In this document: positions 1 to 12,142 of the stretch, piece after piece
Position numbering within the stretch: the stretch's first letter is position 1
How the letters are laid out: every line of letters starts with the position of its first letter
Source: Deinococcus sp.
GTDB taxonomy: Bacteria > Deinococcota > Deinococci > Deinococcales > Deinococcaceae
Direction: 5' to 3'
Assembly: GCA_965261005.1 (NCBI GenBank)
Contig: OZ253375.1
Coordinates: 2,368,001 to 2,432,000 of the forward strand
Length of the DNA stretch: 64,000 bases
The notes under the pieces: model-generated
The model's database searches: none
What the model was told of the DNA's origin: nothing
Seen by the model: only the letters and a program-made list of their open reading frames with translations
Position numbers and translations under genes: made by a program

Positions 1-1237
1 CTTCGACCGGGCGACCCGCGTGCCGGCCAGCTTCGTCACCGAGCTGACCCGCCACACCGGCGAGACCTACGACGCCTGGACCCGCGCCAGGCCGGCGGGG
101 GACTTCGCCGGCCTGGCGCCCAAGCTGGAAAAGACCCTCGACCTCAGCCGCCAATACGCCGCCTACTTCTCGGAGTTCGCACATCCGATGGACATCTTCG
201 TGGACGAGTCGGACGCGGGCATGACGGTCGCCAAGGTGCGTGAGGTATTTTCTACTTTGCGTGAGGCGCTGGTCCCCCTGGTGGGGCAGGTGGCCGAGCG
301 ACCAGAGCCGCGCAGCGATTTTCTGCACCGCCACTACCCCGCCGCCCAGCAGCTCGCCTTCGGGGAGGGCGTCATCCGCGACTACGGCTACGACTTCGCG
401 CGGGGCCGCCAAGACCTGACCGCCCACCCCTTTTGCACCTCCTTCAGCATTTCCGACGTGCGCATCACCACCCGCGTCAAGGAGAACGACCTCTCGGAGG
501 CGCTGTTCTCCACCCTGCACGAGTCGGGCCACGCCATGTATGAGCAGGGCGTCAGCCCCGACTACGAGGGGACGCCGCTGGCGCACGGCACCTCGGCGGG
601 CGTCCACGAGAGCCAGTCGCGCCTGTGGGAAAACGTGGTCGGGCGCAGCTCGCGCTTTTGGGAACATTACTTTCCGAAGCTGCGGGACGCCTTTCCGGAA
701 CAGCTCGCGGACGTGACCCAGGAGGAGCTGTACCGCGCCGTCAACGTCGTGCGCCGCAGCCTGATCCGCACCGACGCCGACGAGCTGACCTACAACCTGC
801 ACGTCATCCTGCGCTTCGAGCTGGAACTCGCCATGCACGAGGGCAGCCTGGAGGTGCGCGATCTCGCCGACGCTTGGCACGCCCGCTACGAAAGCGACTT
901 GGGCCTGCGCGCCCCCAGCCACACCGACGGCGCGCTGCAAGACGTCCATTGGTACTTCGGCCCCATCGGCGGCATGTTTCACGGCTACACCCTCGGCAAC
1001 GTCCTGAGCGTGCAGTTCTGGGAAGCGGCCCTGCGGGCGCACCCGGACATCCCTGACCAGATCGCTCGCGGCGAGTTCGCCACTTTGCACGGCTGGCTGC
1101 GCGACAACGTCTACCGCCACGGCCGCGCCCTCAGCGCCGAGGAGGTGACACGGCGCGCCACCGGCTCAGAATTGAACGTGGAGCCGTACCTGAACTACCT
1201 GCGCGGCAAGTACGGCGGGCTGTACGGGCTGGATTGA
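1..1237 (+). CDS. M32 family metallocarboxypeptidase (Taq-like), 5' truncated by window edge
   Basis: HPF, HESGH (HExxH), HESQ, IRTDAD and GALQDVHW motifs typical of M32. Confidence 0.93.
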   Translation, partial: FDRATRVPASFVTELTRHTGETYDAWTRARPAGDFAGLAPKLEKTLDLSRQYAAYFSEFAHPMDIFVDESDAGMTVAKVREVFSTLREALVPLVGQVAERPEPRSDFLHRHYPAAQQLAFGEGVIRDYGYDFARGRQDLTAHPFCTSFSISDVRITTRVKENDLSEALFSTLHESGHAMYEQGVSPDYEGTPLAHGTSAGVHESQSRLWENVVGRSSRFWEHYFPKLRDAFPEQLADVTQEELYRAVNVVRRSLIRTDADELTYNLHVILRFELELAMHEGSLEVRDLADAWHARYESDLGLRAPSHTDGALQDVHWYFGPIGGMFHGYTLGNVLSVQFWEAALRAHPDIPDQIARGEFATLHGWLRDNVYRHGRALSAEEVTRRATGSELNVEPYLNYLRGKYGGLYGLD

Positions 1238-1243
1238 GCCTTG

Positions 1244-1285
1244 CTCCCCTCCCCCCTTGCGGGGGAGGGGCCGGGGGTGGGGGGT
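1244..1285. repeat. REP-like palindromic unit, copy 1
   Basis: ctcccctccccccttgcgggggaggggccgggggtgggg; related copies at 4151, 7038, 10244 and 10801. Confidence 0.75.
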
Positions 1286-1297
1286 CCCCCGAGCAAC

Positions 1298-1337
1298 ACA
1301 ACAAGGGCGCACAGGAGTTGCTGTGCGCCCTTGTTGT
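1298..1337. terminator. Probable bidirectional intrinsic terminator
   Basis: 17-bp perfect inverted repeat acaacaagggcgcacag / ctgtgcgcccttgttgt between convergent genes. Confidence 0.7.
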
Positions 1338-1387
1338 ATTGTCCGCCAGAAGGCCAGTTGTGGCGGGACGGAGCTGAGTGTCGGGGT

Positions 1388-2311
<924 letters not shown>

Positions 2312-2363
2312 GTGGCCTTCCTCCGGGACTATGAATGGGTGTGCGAACTGTTGGCCTTCCTAA

Positions 2364-3806
<1,443 letters not shown>

Positions 3807-4150
3807 GCTGCCCGCTCTCCAAGGGAGCGTTCAGCGTACCGCGCCGCTCGCTGCACAGCAGCGAGCGGCGCGGTACGCTGAACGTGACCAACCTCGTGCT
3901 GCCTGTGGGCGGCCTTGGAGACGCCTCGCGTACTTCCTCAGAGGTTGGTCCCCTCTTGACAAGAGACACCGTTGCTCCGCTGGAAACTCAATCAACTTTG
4001 TTGACTGAGTTTCCGGAATCCGTATCAGAAGATGCCGGTGCGGCCCACCAGCTTGGAGGCGTGGGTGCGCCAAAACGCGCCGGCCTTTTCGCCGCAGGGG
4101 TAAGTGCAGCGTCAAGCAAGTTCTGATAGGGTCGTTCTTCGAGCGTGCTC

Positions 4151-4195
4151 GGTGGACCCCTCACCCCCGGCCCCTCTCCCGCAAGGGGAGAGGAG
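4151..4195. repeat. REP-like palindromic unit, copy 2
   Basis: ggtggacccctcacccccggcccctctcccgcaaggggagagg, identical over ~42 nt to the copy at 10244. Confidence 0.8.
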
Positions 4196-4200
4196 TGCAA

Positions 4201-4233
4201 AAAAGAGACCACCCGCGCGGGTGGTCTTCTTTT
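4201..4233 (-). terminator. Intrinsic terminator
   Basis: gaccacccgcgcgggtggtc hairpin flanked by A/T tracts, just after the stop of 4236-4634. Confidence 0.7.
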
Positions 4234-4235
4234 CA

Positions 4236-4634
4236 TCAGTCCAGCGGGTCGGGGTCCGCGCTCGCCAGGCGGGTTTCCTTGTCGCGCTCGGTGGCGATGT
4301 TGGCCTCGTGCTGGCGCTCGGCACTGGTGTTGGACGCGACCGGCGCGCGGGCGATGTCCTGGTCGTTGCCGGCCAGGGTGCCCAGCTTGGGGATAGGCGC
4401 GTCCGAGCCGTGCAAGTCGGCGTCGGTCTTGCCGCCCTCTGAGAGGCGCTGGCCTTGGTCCACGCGCTGCTGGTAGTCCTCGTTGGGCTTGTCCTTGCTG
4501 GGGTCGCGCTCGAAGGAGCGGGCGATCTGGGGGTTGCGCTCTTGGGCCTCGTTCAGGCCGTCCGCACCCGTCTCGAAGCGCTCGACGCTCTGTTCGTCGG
4601 CCGGTTGGTCGGGGTAAAGGGTGGGGTCGGTCAT
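4236..4634 (-). CDS. Hydrophilic acidic hypothetical protein
   Basis: GGAGG RBS, coding-like composition, overlaps the stop of the upstream gene. Confidence 0.7.
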   Translation of the reverse strand: MTDPTLYPDQPADEQSVERFETGADGLNEAQERNPQIARSFERDPSKDKPNEDYQQRVDQGQRLSEGGKTDADLHGSDAPIPKLGTLAGNDQDIARAPVASNTSAERQHEANIATERDKETRLASADPDPLD

Positions 4635-5143
4635 CGGTCCTCCTGTTCCTCTTGGCGCTTGGCCTGAAATATGCTGCTGGCGCTGGGTACATCAGCGTTG
4701 GGCAGATTGGCGCTGGGCACTCCGGGGGCGTCCGGCTTGTTCTCCCCCTGGGTTCCCAGCAAGTTCTCGCTGAGGTGGGGTTCCTCGGGCCGGATCGAGG
4801 CGGTCTCGGGTAGGGGGAGGGGCGCCCGTCCGGCCGTTGATGCCGGCTCGGCGGTCGCTTCCCCCTCGACCTCACCCTCGACCGGCTGGCCCAAGTCGGC
4901 GATCTGCTGCTCGCGGGCAGCGATTTCACTATCCACGCGGCTGATCTCGCCGCGAACGCTCGCCAGCACCTCCAAGTCGGCGTTCGCGTGGTAGGCGCGG
5001 CCCAGCCGGCCGTACAGACCGTCCAGCTCGCGGTTTAACTGAAAAATGTCCAGGCGCAGCCGGGCCGCCTGCGTGACTTCCTCGCCGCGCGCCCGCACCT
5101 GCTCCACGCCCCTTCGCAGCGAGTTGACCAGGTTGTCGAGCAT
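4631..5143 (-). CDS. Hypothetical coiled-coil protein
   Basis: GGAGG RBS before ATG at 5143; helical N-terminal half, disordered tail. Confidence 0.7.
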   Translation of the reverse strand: MLDNLVNSLRRGVEQVRARGEEVTQAARLRLDIFQLNRELDGLYGRLGRAYHANADLEVLASVRGEISRVDSEIAAREQQIADLGQPVEGEVEGEATAEPASTAGRAPLPLPETASIRPEEPHLSENLLGTQGENKPDAPGVPSANLPNADVPSASSIFQAKRQEEQEDR

Positions 5144-5197
5144 AGAAGCCTCCAAGGAACAGTATTGGCGCCCCCATCAGGGAGGGCCGTGAAAAGC

Positions 5198-6907
5198 CTA
5201 AAGGTCGGCGTTCAGGCTGAGGGGTCCGCCCACCGGCGGGACGGGCGCGCGGGCGTTCAGCTGTTCCGCCAGGGCCGCGCGCAGTTCCTCCAAACCGCGC
5301 CCACTTGCCGCGCTGATGGGCACGCCGTTGAGGCGCTCCACCTCGCGCGCCAGCGCGTGCGGCTCGGCGGCGTCGGCCTTGTTGAGGGCGACCACGCCCG
5401 GCAGGTCCCCCACGCCCAGGTCGCGCAGAATGCGCTCGACGGCGGCGAAGCGGGTGTCGGCGTCGGGGCTGGCCGCGTCCACGACGTGCAGCAGCACATC
5501 GGCGTCGCCGATCTCCTCCAGCGTCGCCCGAAAGGCGCGCTGCAAGTCCGCCGGCAGGTCGCGGATAAAGCCCACCGTGTCGGTGAAGACGACCGGCCCC
5601 ACGCCGTCCAGGTACCCCTGCCGCGAGGTCGGGCGCAGGGTGGCGAACAGCTTGTTCTCGGCCAGCACCTTGCGCGGCTCGTTGGCGGCGTGGGTAAAGG
5701 CGTTCAGCAGGGTGCTCTTGCCCGCGTTGGTGTAGCCCACGATGGCGACCACCGGCACCTCGCCGAGCGCGCGCCGCTTGCGCCGCTCGGCGCGGCGCCG
5801 GGACAGCTCGGTGATCTGACGCTCCAGCCAGGCAATGCGGTCGTTGATGCGCCGCCGGTCCAGCTCCAGCTTGGTCTCGCCGGGGCCGCGCGTCCCGATG
5901 GCCCCGCCCGCCGCGCTGCCACCCGACGCGCCGATGCGCGACAGCCGCGTGCCCTGTCCCAGCAGGCGCGGCTTCATGTAGCGCAACTGTGCCAACTCCA
6001 CCTGCGCCCGCGACTCGGCCCCCTGCGCGTGCAAGGCGAAGATGTCGAGGATCAGCTGGGTGCGGTCGAGCACCTTGAGGCCGGTCGCCGCCTCGATCTC
6101 ACGGGCCTGGGCCGGCGAGAGTTCCTGCCCGAAGATCAGCAGCTCGGCGTCGAGGTGGTAGGCGCGCGAGGTCAGCTCCGCGAGCTTGCCGGCGCCCACC
6201 AAGGTGCCCGGCTTGAGGTGGCGGCGGTAGATCAGCTCCTTGTGGACCACCTCGGCCCCGGCGGTGCGCGCCAACTCGCCCAGCTCGGTGAGGCGCTCCT
6301 CGGCGTCGAACTGGCCGCCGTCAATCTGCACCAACAGGGCGCGCTCTCGCTCTTTGTTCACCTCGCGCAGCTGGCGGTGGCGGGCCAGCTCCTCTTCCAG
6401 GGCCGACACCTGCGCGCCGAGGTCGAACTGCTCGGCTGCCTGCGGACTCATGGGGGGATAGAGGCGCCAATCCTCCTCCTCGCCCAGCGTGCCGGGGGGG
6501 GTCAGGTGCGCCAAGTGGACGCTGCCGGGCAGCCCGTCCGGCCGCACGTCAATGGCGGCCACCGCGTCCAGCCGCTTCAGGAACAGCGCCGAGAGGTCCC
6601 CCTTGCTGAGGGGACCGCCCTTCGGGTGGGTGTGCAGCAAGTGGTAGCCGGTCAGGCGCGACTCGCCCAGCCGCTCCGCCGGCAGCTCGGCCGCCCCCGC
6701 GTCCGCCACGCTGACGCTCAGGACCCGCCCCCGGCGGTCAATCAGCAAGCTCACCTCGCGGCGCACGTCGTGCGATAGCTCGCTGAGGTTGCGCGCCAAT
6801 TCCGGCGAGGTCACGCTGCCGGGCGCCAGGCGGCGGCGGTACAAGTTGGAGAGTTGCTTGATCTGGTTGGGCCGCAGGCCGTTGGTGTTGCCGTGAACTT
6901 TCTCGAT
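5198..6907 (-). CDS. hflX: Ribosome-splitting GTPase HflX (long form), probable ATC start
   Basis: GYTNAGKST, LFATL, DTVGF, NKAD and ILDIFA motifs; frame extends to ATC GAG AAA GTT CAC GGC AAC with GGAGG 7 nt upstream. Confidence 0.93.
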   Translation of the reverse strand: MEKVHGNTNGLRPNQIKQLSNLYRRRLAPGSVTSPELARNLSELSHDVRREVSLLIDRRGRVLSVSVADAGAAELPAERLGESRLTGYHLLHTHPKGGPLSKGDLSALFLKRLDAVAAIDVRPDGLPGSVHLAHLTPPGTLGEEEDWRLYPPMSPQAAEQFDLGAQVSALEEELARHRQLREVNKERERALLVQIDGGQFDAEERLTELGELARTAGAEVVHKELIYRRHLKPGTLVGAGKLAELTSRAYHLDAELLIFGQELSPAQAREIEAATGLKVLDRTQLILDIFALHAQGAESRAQVELAQLRYMKPRLLGQGTRLSRIGASGGSAAGGAIGTRGPGETKLELDRRRINDRIAWLERQITELSRRRAERRKRRALGEVPVVAIVGYTNAGKSTLLNAFTHAANEPRKVLAENKLFATLRPTSRQGYLDGVGPVVFTDTVGFIRDLPADLQRAFRATLEEIGDADVLLHVVDAASPDADTRFAAVERILRDLGVGDLPGVVALNKADAAEPHALAREVERLNGVPISAASGRGLEELRAALAEQLNARAPVPPVGGPLSLNADL

Positions 6908-7037
6908 AAGAATTCCTCCAGGACTAGGGAAAAGGGGCTGATAAGGGGTTGCGGAAGGTTGAGCTTCAGGGTAGCAGGCGGACTAAATCTGCGCCGTAAC
7001 CTTTGGAAGGGTTGGACGGCGAAACGGCTTTGCCCGG

Positions 7038-7073
7038 CTCCTCCCCCCTTGCGGGGGAGGTTGGGAGGGGGGT
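7038..7073. repeat. REP-like palindromic unit, copy 3 (divergent)
   Basis: ctcctccccccttgcgggggaggttgggagggggg. Confidence 0.6.
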
Positions 7074-7133
7074 AAACGAATCGGCCCGCCAGCGCGCTCG
7101 TCCCCCCCTTCACCCCATGCTCTACACTGCGGC

Positions 7134-7940
7134 GTGACGGCTTTTCCCGCCTACGCGGTCGCGGACTTGCACGGGCGCCTCGACCTGCTGGAGGGCGCGC
7201 TGGCCGCCGTGCCAGGCGCGCACCTGGTCGTGCTGGGCGACGTGATTGACCGGGGGCCGGACAGCCTGGCCTGCGTCCGGCTGCTGCTGGAGCTGCACGG
7301 CGCCGGGCGCGTCACGCTGCTGTGGGGCAACCACGAGCACATGCTCGCCAGCGCCCTGATGTACTGGCAGATGTTTCTACAAGACGGCCTCGCCAAGCAC
7401 GCCCGCCTCGCCGACTCGCACTTCGGGTGGTGGCTGGACAACGGGGGAGAGGCCGTCCGCGCCGAGGCGGGCGGCTTCGACTTGTCGGGCGTGCCGTCCG
7501 AGCTGGTGGTCTACCTGTCGCACCTGAAGCTGTGCGCCTTTGCCGACGAGGGGGGCGTTCACGCCGAACAGCCCGCCGGCCCCTGCGTCCTGGCCTCCCA
7601 CGCCGCCCCGCCCGCTGCCCACCCCGACTACCCCGACCCCTTTGTGGCCGCCCTGTGGCTGCGCCCGGACAGCGGCCCCTTCGCGCTGCCGCAGGGCGCC
7701 TCGTGGAGCGTTCACGGCCACACCCCGCTGCGTGCCCCCCTGCGCCGCCCTCCACAAGTCTTCACCGACCTGGGCGCCGTCGCCACCGGCCGCCTGTGCC
7801 TGACCCCGCTGCTGCCCGCCGGGCCGGGGGAACTGCTGGTGGTCCAGCGCCCCGCCCGCGCCCGCCGCCCCCGCCTGAGCGCCCTGGCCGGCGAGGTGCT
7901 GCCCTACCGCTTGGTGGGGGAAGCCGCTCGTCAGACATGA
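7134..7940 (+). CDS. PPP-type metallophosphoesterase (Ser/Thr phosphatase-like)
   Basis: DLHG, GDVIDRG, GNHE and HGHT motifs. Confidence 0.88.
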   Translation: MTAFPAYAVADLHGRLDLLEGALAAVPGAHLVVLGDVIDRGPDSLACVRLLLELHGAGRVTLLWGNHEHMLASALMYWQMFLQDGLAKHARLADSHFGWWLDNGGEAVRAEAGGFDLSGVPSELVVYLSHLKLCAFADEGGVHAEQPAGPCVLASHAAPPAAHPDYPDPFVAALWLRPDSGPFALPQGASWSVHGHTPLRAPLRRPPQVFTDLGAVATGRLCLTPLLPAGPGELLVVQRPARARRPRLSALAGEVLPYRLVGEAARQT

Positions 7941-8115
7941 AGCCCGCGCCGTCAGAAACTCCACATTCTTGTAAGAATGCTGTAAGACCCGCCCTCGTAA
8001 TCTAACCTCAGCAGCGCAGCCACCCCTCCCCAAACGGCCTGCGCTGCCCCAGCCCTAACCCCGCCCAGACGGCCCATAAAATCCCATATCCGTCCGGGCA
8101 CCCGAGGAGAACACC

Positions 8116-8511
<396 letters not shown>

Positions 8512-8529
8512 GCCTTTCGAGTAAGTTTG

Positions 8530-8560
8530 CCCACCTCCTTCCGAGGTGGGCTTTCTTCTT
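8530..8560 (+). terminator. Intrinsic terminator after the pilin
   Basis: cccacctc...gaggtggg hairpin followed by a T-rich tract. Confidence 0.7.
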
Positions 8561-8561
8561 T

Positions 8562-9884
8562 ATGACCAAGAACTTGCTTCTCTTGTCTGTTTGCCTCCTG
8601 CCCCTCCTTATCAATCCAACCATCACACTCAATTTCGACGAGGTGTATCTCTGGCCCAAGCTGTGGTGGATTTACGGTGTGGTGCTACCAAGTGCGGCGG
8701 GTGTTTTTTGGACGTATCGGCGGCAGGTTGACGGAAAGGCTCTCGTGTTTTTCGGTGTTTTTATTGGGTGGCTTACGCTCGCGGCTCTTCTGACCGACCC
8801 AAGCAAGTCGCTTCTTGGCTCATCCCTTCGTGCGGACGGAATCTTAATGCACGGGGTTTATGTTCTCGTGGCGCTCGCGGTATTCGCTTGGCTCCGTGCT
8901 GAACCATTAGATGCCTCGCGGCGGCTCGAACAGGCGTTTTCTTGGCTTACCGTGCCACTCTCTCTTCTGGTCTTGCTACAGCACTTCGGCCTTCTGGGCG
9001 TCTTCGGCAGCGGGGCGATCAGCGGGGTTGCGCCGACGGTGGCCGGCGGTACGCTCGGCAACCGGGGGTACATGGGTGGACTGCTGGCGCTGCTTTTGCC
9101 TTTCGCAGCCATGTGGTTCATACGTCGTCCGGTGGTCTGGCGGGGACTGGCGCTGTTCTTGCTCGCCGCCGCCATCGCCGCAACCTTGGCGCGTGGCGCT
9201 TGGGTAGCGGCCTTGCTCGGCTATTTGATTTGGACGCTGGGCACGGGCAATTGGCGAACGTGGAGAGTTCACCTGCCGCTGGTTCTGGGCATCATGCTTC
9301 CATTTGTGCCGCTCACGCAGGGCCAGCCGACCAAAGCACTCAATCTGGATAACAGCGGGCGCGGGGTGCTGTGGCAGTCGGCCATCTTCGGCATTCGGGA
9401 ACGCCCGCTGTTTGGCTGGGGTGCCGACGGCGTGATTCGCGCCATGCACGCCCGGCCCGCCTCAATGGTGTTGCAAGAACTTGGGTGGGCGCCTGGCACT
9501 TACTCCAAGTCCGAAGTCAGTCCAAGTCGGACCGAGTACAGCGCTCTCTTGACAAAGCCCGACGGCAAGCGTGTTCTCGTCGGCACCTCGATAGACAAAG
9601 TTCACAACGAATACCTCGACTACGCCGTGTCTTACGGCATTCCCGCCGCCCTGCTGTTCGCCGCCCTGCTGGCGCTCGGCATCTGGCGCTCCTACCGGGT
9701 TGCGCCGGCCTACGCGGGCGCCCTGGTCGCCTACGCCGTCTACCTGCTGACCTGGCCCGAGGTGATCCGCTTTGCGCCGCTGGCTTGGGCCGTGCTGGGC
9801 GGCGCGCTGGCCGTGGGGGCTGGGCGGCGTTCACGGCGCACAACATCCGACCCTCCCCCGTCCCCTCCTACAGGTGCCTTATGA
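8562..9884 (+). CDS. O-antigen ligase-like (Wzy_C) membrane protein, probable pilin O-oligosaccharyltransferase
   Basis: Many TM segments; GTLGN, R..LW, PLFGWG and HNEYL motifs; lies between two pilins. Confidence 0.8.
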   Translation: MTKNLLLLSVCLLPLLINPTITLNFDEVYLWPKLWWIYGVVLPSAAGVFWTYRRQVDGKALVFFGVFIGWLTLAALLTDPSKSLLGSSLRADGILMHGVYVLVALAVFAWLRAEPLDASRRLEQAFSWLTVPLSLLVLLQHFGLLGVFGSGAISGVAPTVAGGTLGNRGYMGGLLALLLPFAAMWFIRRPVVWRGLALFLLAAAIAATLARGAWVAALLGYLIWTLGTGNWRTWRVHLPLVLGIMLPFVPLTQGQPTKALNLDNSGRGVLWQSAIFGIRERPLFGWGADGVIRAMHARPASMVLQELGWAPGTYSKSEVSPSRTEYSALLTKPDGKRVLVGTSIDKVHNEYLDYAVSYGIPAALLFAALLALGIWRSYRVAPAYAGALVAYAVYLLTWPEVIRFAPLAWAVLGGALAVGAGRRSRRTTSDPPPSPPTGAL

Positions 9885-10240
9885 CCCTCTCGCAAGGCTT
9901 TACCCTGATTGAACTCCTCATCGTGATCGCCATCATCGGTATTCTGGCGGCGATCCTCCTTCCCAACCTGCTCGGCGCCCGCGCGTCGGCACAGGACCGC
10001 TCGGCCCAAGCGTTCGCGCAGCACATCTACAAGGCGGCCTTCGCCCACATTGCCGGGGCGTTCACGCAGACGGCGGTGGTCACGTCGGGCGACTGCACGT
10101 CCGGCTACTCGGCGGGGGAGTATCCCGTGTCCACCCCTGGCCCGACCGTCGTGGCGAGCTGCAAGGTGGATGCGCTGCCGGACGGGACGCCCAGCGTGAT
10201 GGTCGTGAGCGCGCACGGGAAGAGGTTTTCTTTGCCGTGA
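9881..10240 (+). CDS. Second type IV pilin-like protein
   Basis: MTLSQG|FTLIELLIV; ATGA overlap with the upstream stop. Confidence 0.88.
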   Translation: MTLSQGFTLIELLIVIAIIGILAAILLPNLLGARASAQDRSAQAFAQHIYKAAFAHIAGAFTQTAVVTSGDCTSGYSAGEYPVSTPGPTVVASCKVDALPDGTPSVMVVSAHGKRFSLP

Positions 10241-10243
10241 TGG

Positions 10244-10288
10244 GGTGGACCCCTCACCCCCGGCCCCTCTCCCGCAAGGGGAGAGGGG
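10244..10288. repeat. REP-like palindromic unit, copy 4
   Basis: Near-identical to the copy at 4151-4195. Confidence 0.8.
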
Positions 10289-10367
10289 TGAACTGCTTTG
10301 GGAAGGGATCATGTTTCTAAAACGCTCGTTTTGCCTATTGTGCTAATTTGGCCTGGGGAGGTTAAAT

Positions 10368-10760
10368 ATGACGGCGCTTGAACAACGCTCCGAGCCTCAA
10401 GCGGTCTACACGCTGGCCGAAGTTGCCGCCGCCCTGCGGGTCAGCTCCGAAACCATCCGGCGCAAGATCGTGGCGGGTGAATTGACGGCGGTGGAGATCG
10501 GCGGGACCAGGCGCAAGCAGTACCGAATTTTTGCGGCGGACTTGGCGCGCTGGCTGGGACCGGAGCGGGTGGGCCAGTTGTTCGGTCTGGGCCGAGCGCT
10601 CGACGAACTTCAAGCGGCCTTTGCTCAAGTGCCCGAGGCGGAGCGAGAAACCCTGATCGCGGGGGCGGTGCGCTGGGCCAAGGACGCGCGCCCCACGCCG
10701 ACAGGGCCGTTTCTCCCCACGCCTTCGAGGGAAGACATTTTGCAAAAACGCAAAGGGTGA
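10368..10760 (+). CDS. Excisionase-like (HTH_17) DNA-binding protein
   Basis: YTLAEVAAALRVSSETIRRKI.AGEL...YRI; GGAGG RBS. Confidence 0.8.
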   Translation: MTALEQRSEPQAVYTLAEVAAALRVSSETIRRKIVAGELTAVEIGGTRRKQYRIFAADLARWLGPERVGQLFGLGRALDELQAAFAQVPEAERETLIAGAVRWAKDARPTPTGPFLPTPSREDILQKRKG

Positions 10761-10800
10761 CCTCTCGCTGCGCGCACAGGCGAGTCATCTCGAATCTTTG

Positions 10801-10842
10801 CTCCCCTCCCCACCTGAGGGGGAGGGGCCGGGGGTGGGAGGT
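10801..10842. repeat. REP-like palindromic unit, copy 5
   Basis: ctcccctccccacctgagggggaggggccgggggtggg. Confidence 0.7.
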
Positions 10843-11021
10843 CTCACCCGCGAGCGCGAAGAACAAATCCTCATCCAACGCCTCAAAATTTGCTTGTCAA
10901 ATTTCGCTTGGCGGTGTGCTGGAATTGCTTTTGCGCGCCGGGGCGCGGTTGCTTTGGCGTGCGGTTGCGGTGGCCCTTCTACTCGCTCGGGTTGAGTTCA
11001 AGCTCGATGGTCCGGCCGCGT

Positions 11022-11683
11022 TTAGCTGTGGGCGGGGCCAGAATCTTTGATGGCTCCCCAACGCACGAACGAATGCTGCGCCTGCAATGCTTTTGCTTCC
11101 TGCTCCAGTTGGCCTTCGTCCTCTATCAGAACGGACACGGGCGCGACGGCCGCTCGCACCTCAGCGGGTAGGAATGGGCTGTGAAGGACGACCCGACGCC
11201 TCACGAGCGCTGTCAGCACGAAGTCGCGCGTCACCTCATATGAGCTGTAAACCACCGTGAGATCGGCGAGCGTGACGGCCTGGGCGAGGTGGCCTAAAAT
11301 ACGCGGGGTTCGGCGCTGCAAGTCTTTATTGGAAATGTCGTGACCGCCTTGCAGTACCCGGTTGTCAATGCGCAGCCGGGTATCGTCGCCGATGGTGATG
11401 AACACCAGAAACACGGCGTATCCGCGTTTGCGCGCGGCTTCCATCAGGCGCAGAGGCTGACCGCCCGACAGCGTTGTCTCTTGCGCGATGTCTTGCCCCT
11501 TGTGTAGGGCATCCTGTACGAATTGTAAGGCGAGCCGGGATGCTCGCATGGTCGCCGCTGACGTGGAGCCGCCGAAGCGCTCGACGGCCAAGCGGTCGGG
11601 ATCAATGGCCGAAATGCCGAAAAGGCGCGTCAAGGTGCTTTTCCCAGCGCCATTTGGCCCGCGAAGATCAGCAGGCGCGGCAC
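11022..11683 (-). pseudogene. Zeta-toxin-like / AAA_33 P-loop protein with a 1-nt frameshift near codon 9
   Basis: GPNGAGKST, ETTLSG and RV.QGGHDI motifs; GTG start overlaps the upstream stop (TAGTG) and reads VPRLLIFAG, one base out of frame with the P-loop. Confidence 0.7.
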
Positions 11684-11994
11684 TACCGCGACTGGGCGGG
11701 CAGTTCGCGCACGATGGTATAGGCGTAGCGCTGGAACTGCCCACGCTCGTCGTGAACGTCGCGCCGCACCACCTCAACGCGGCGGCCGTCGGGGTATTCC
11801 ACGACCAGGGCGCCCCCGGCTCTGTACGTGACGGGCAGGCCCAACTGCAACAGCCGGATTCGCTCACCGCTGTACCCGAGTTGGCGCAGAACCTCGGCCG
11901 AATGCTCGGTGATGGGTTCGCCCTGACGCATCAACTTCAAGTCTGGAGCGCACTCACCCGGTGTGGAGATATTGCTTCGAACAACTTTGGTCAC
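11683..11994 (-). CDS. Small hypothetical protein, putative partner/antitoxin of the zeta-like gene
   Basis: GGAGAGG RBS; translationally coupled to the downstream gene. Confidence 0.55.
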   Translation of the reverse strand: MTKVVRSNISTPGECAPDLKLMRQGEPITEHSAEVLRQLGYSGERIRLLQLGLPVTYRAGGALVVEYPDGRRVEVVRRDVHDERGQFQRYAYTIVRELPAQSR

Positions 11995-12142
11995 GGCGCT
12001 CACCTCTCCACATGGTACGCGCTCGAAGCGGGCGGGCCAAGGACGCGCACCCCGCGCCAGCGGAGCTGCCTCTTCCCACACCCCTCCAGGGAAGCCATGT
12101 TGAAAAAACGCAAAGGGTGATTCTGGGGATTGTTTCAGACGT

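Noticed and set aside
8010..8105. Two hairpins upstream of the pilin as a possible riboswitch
   Set aside because: No recognisable aptamer consensus (for example c-di-GMP I or II); only generic GC stems.
11684..11867. Upstream start for the zeta-like ORF given in the track
   Set aside because: It overlaps the partner gene in another frame and is not protein-like. A frameshifted GTG start at 11683 explains the data better.
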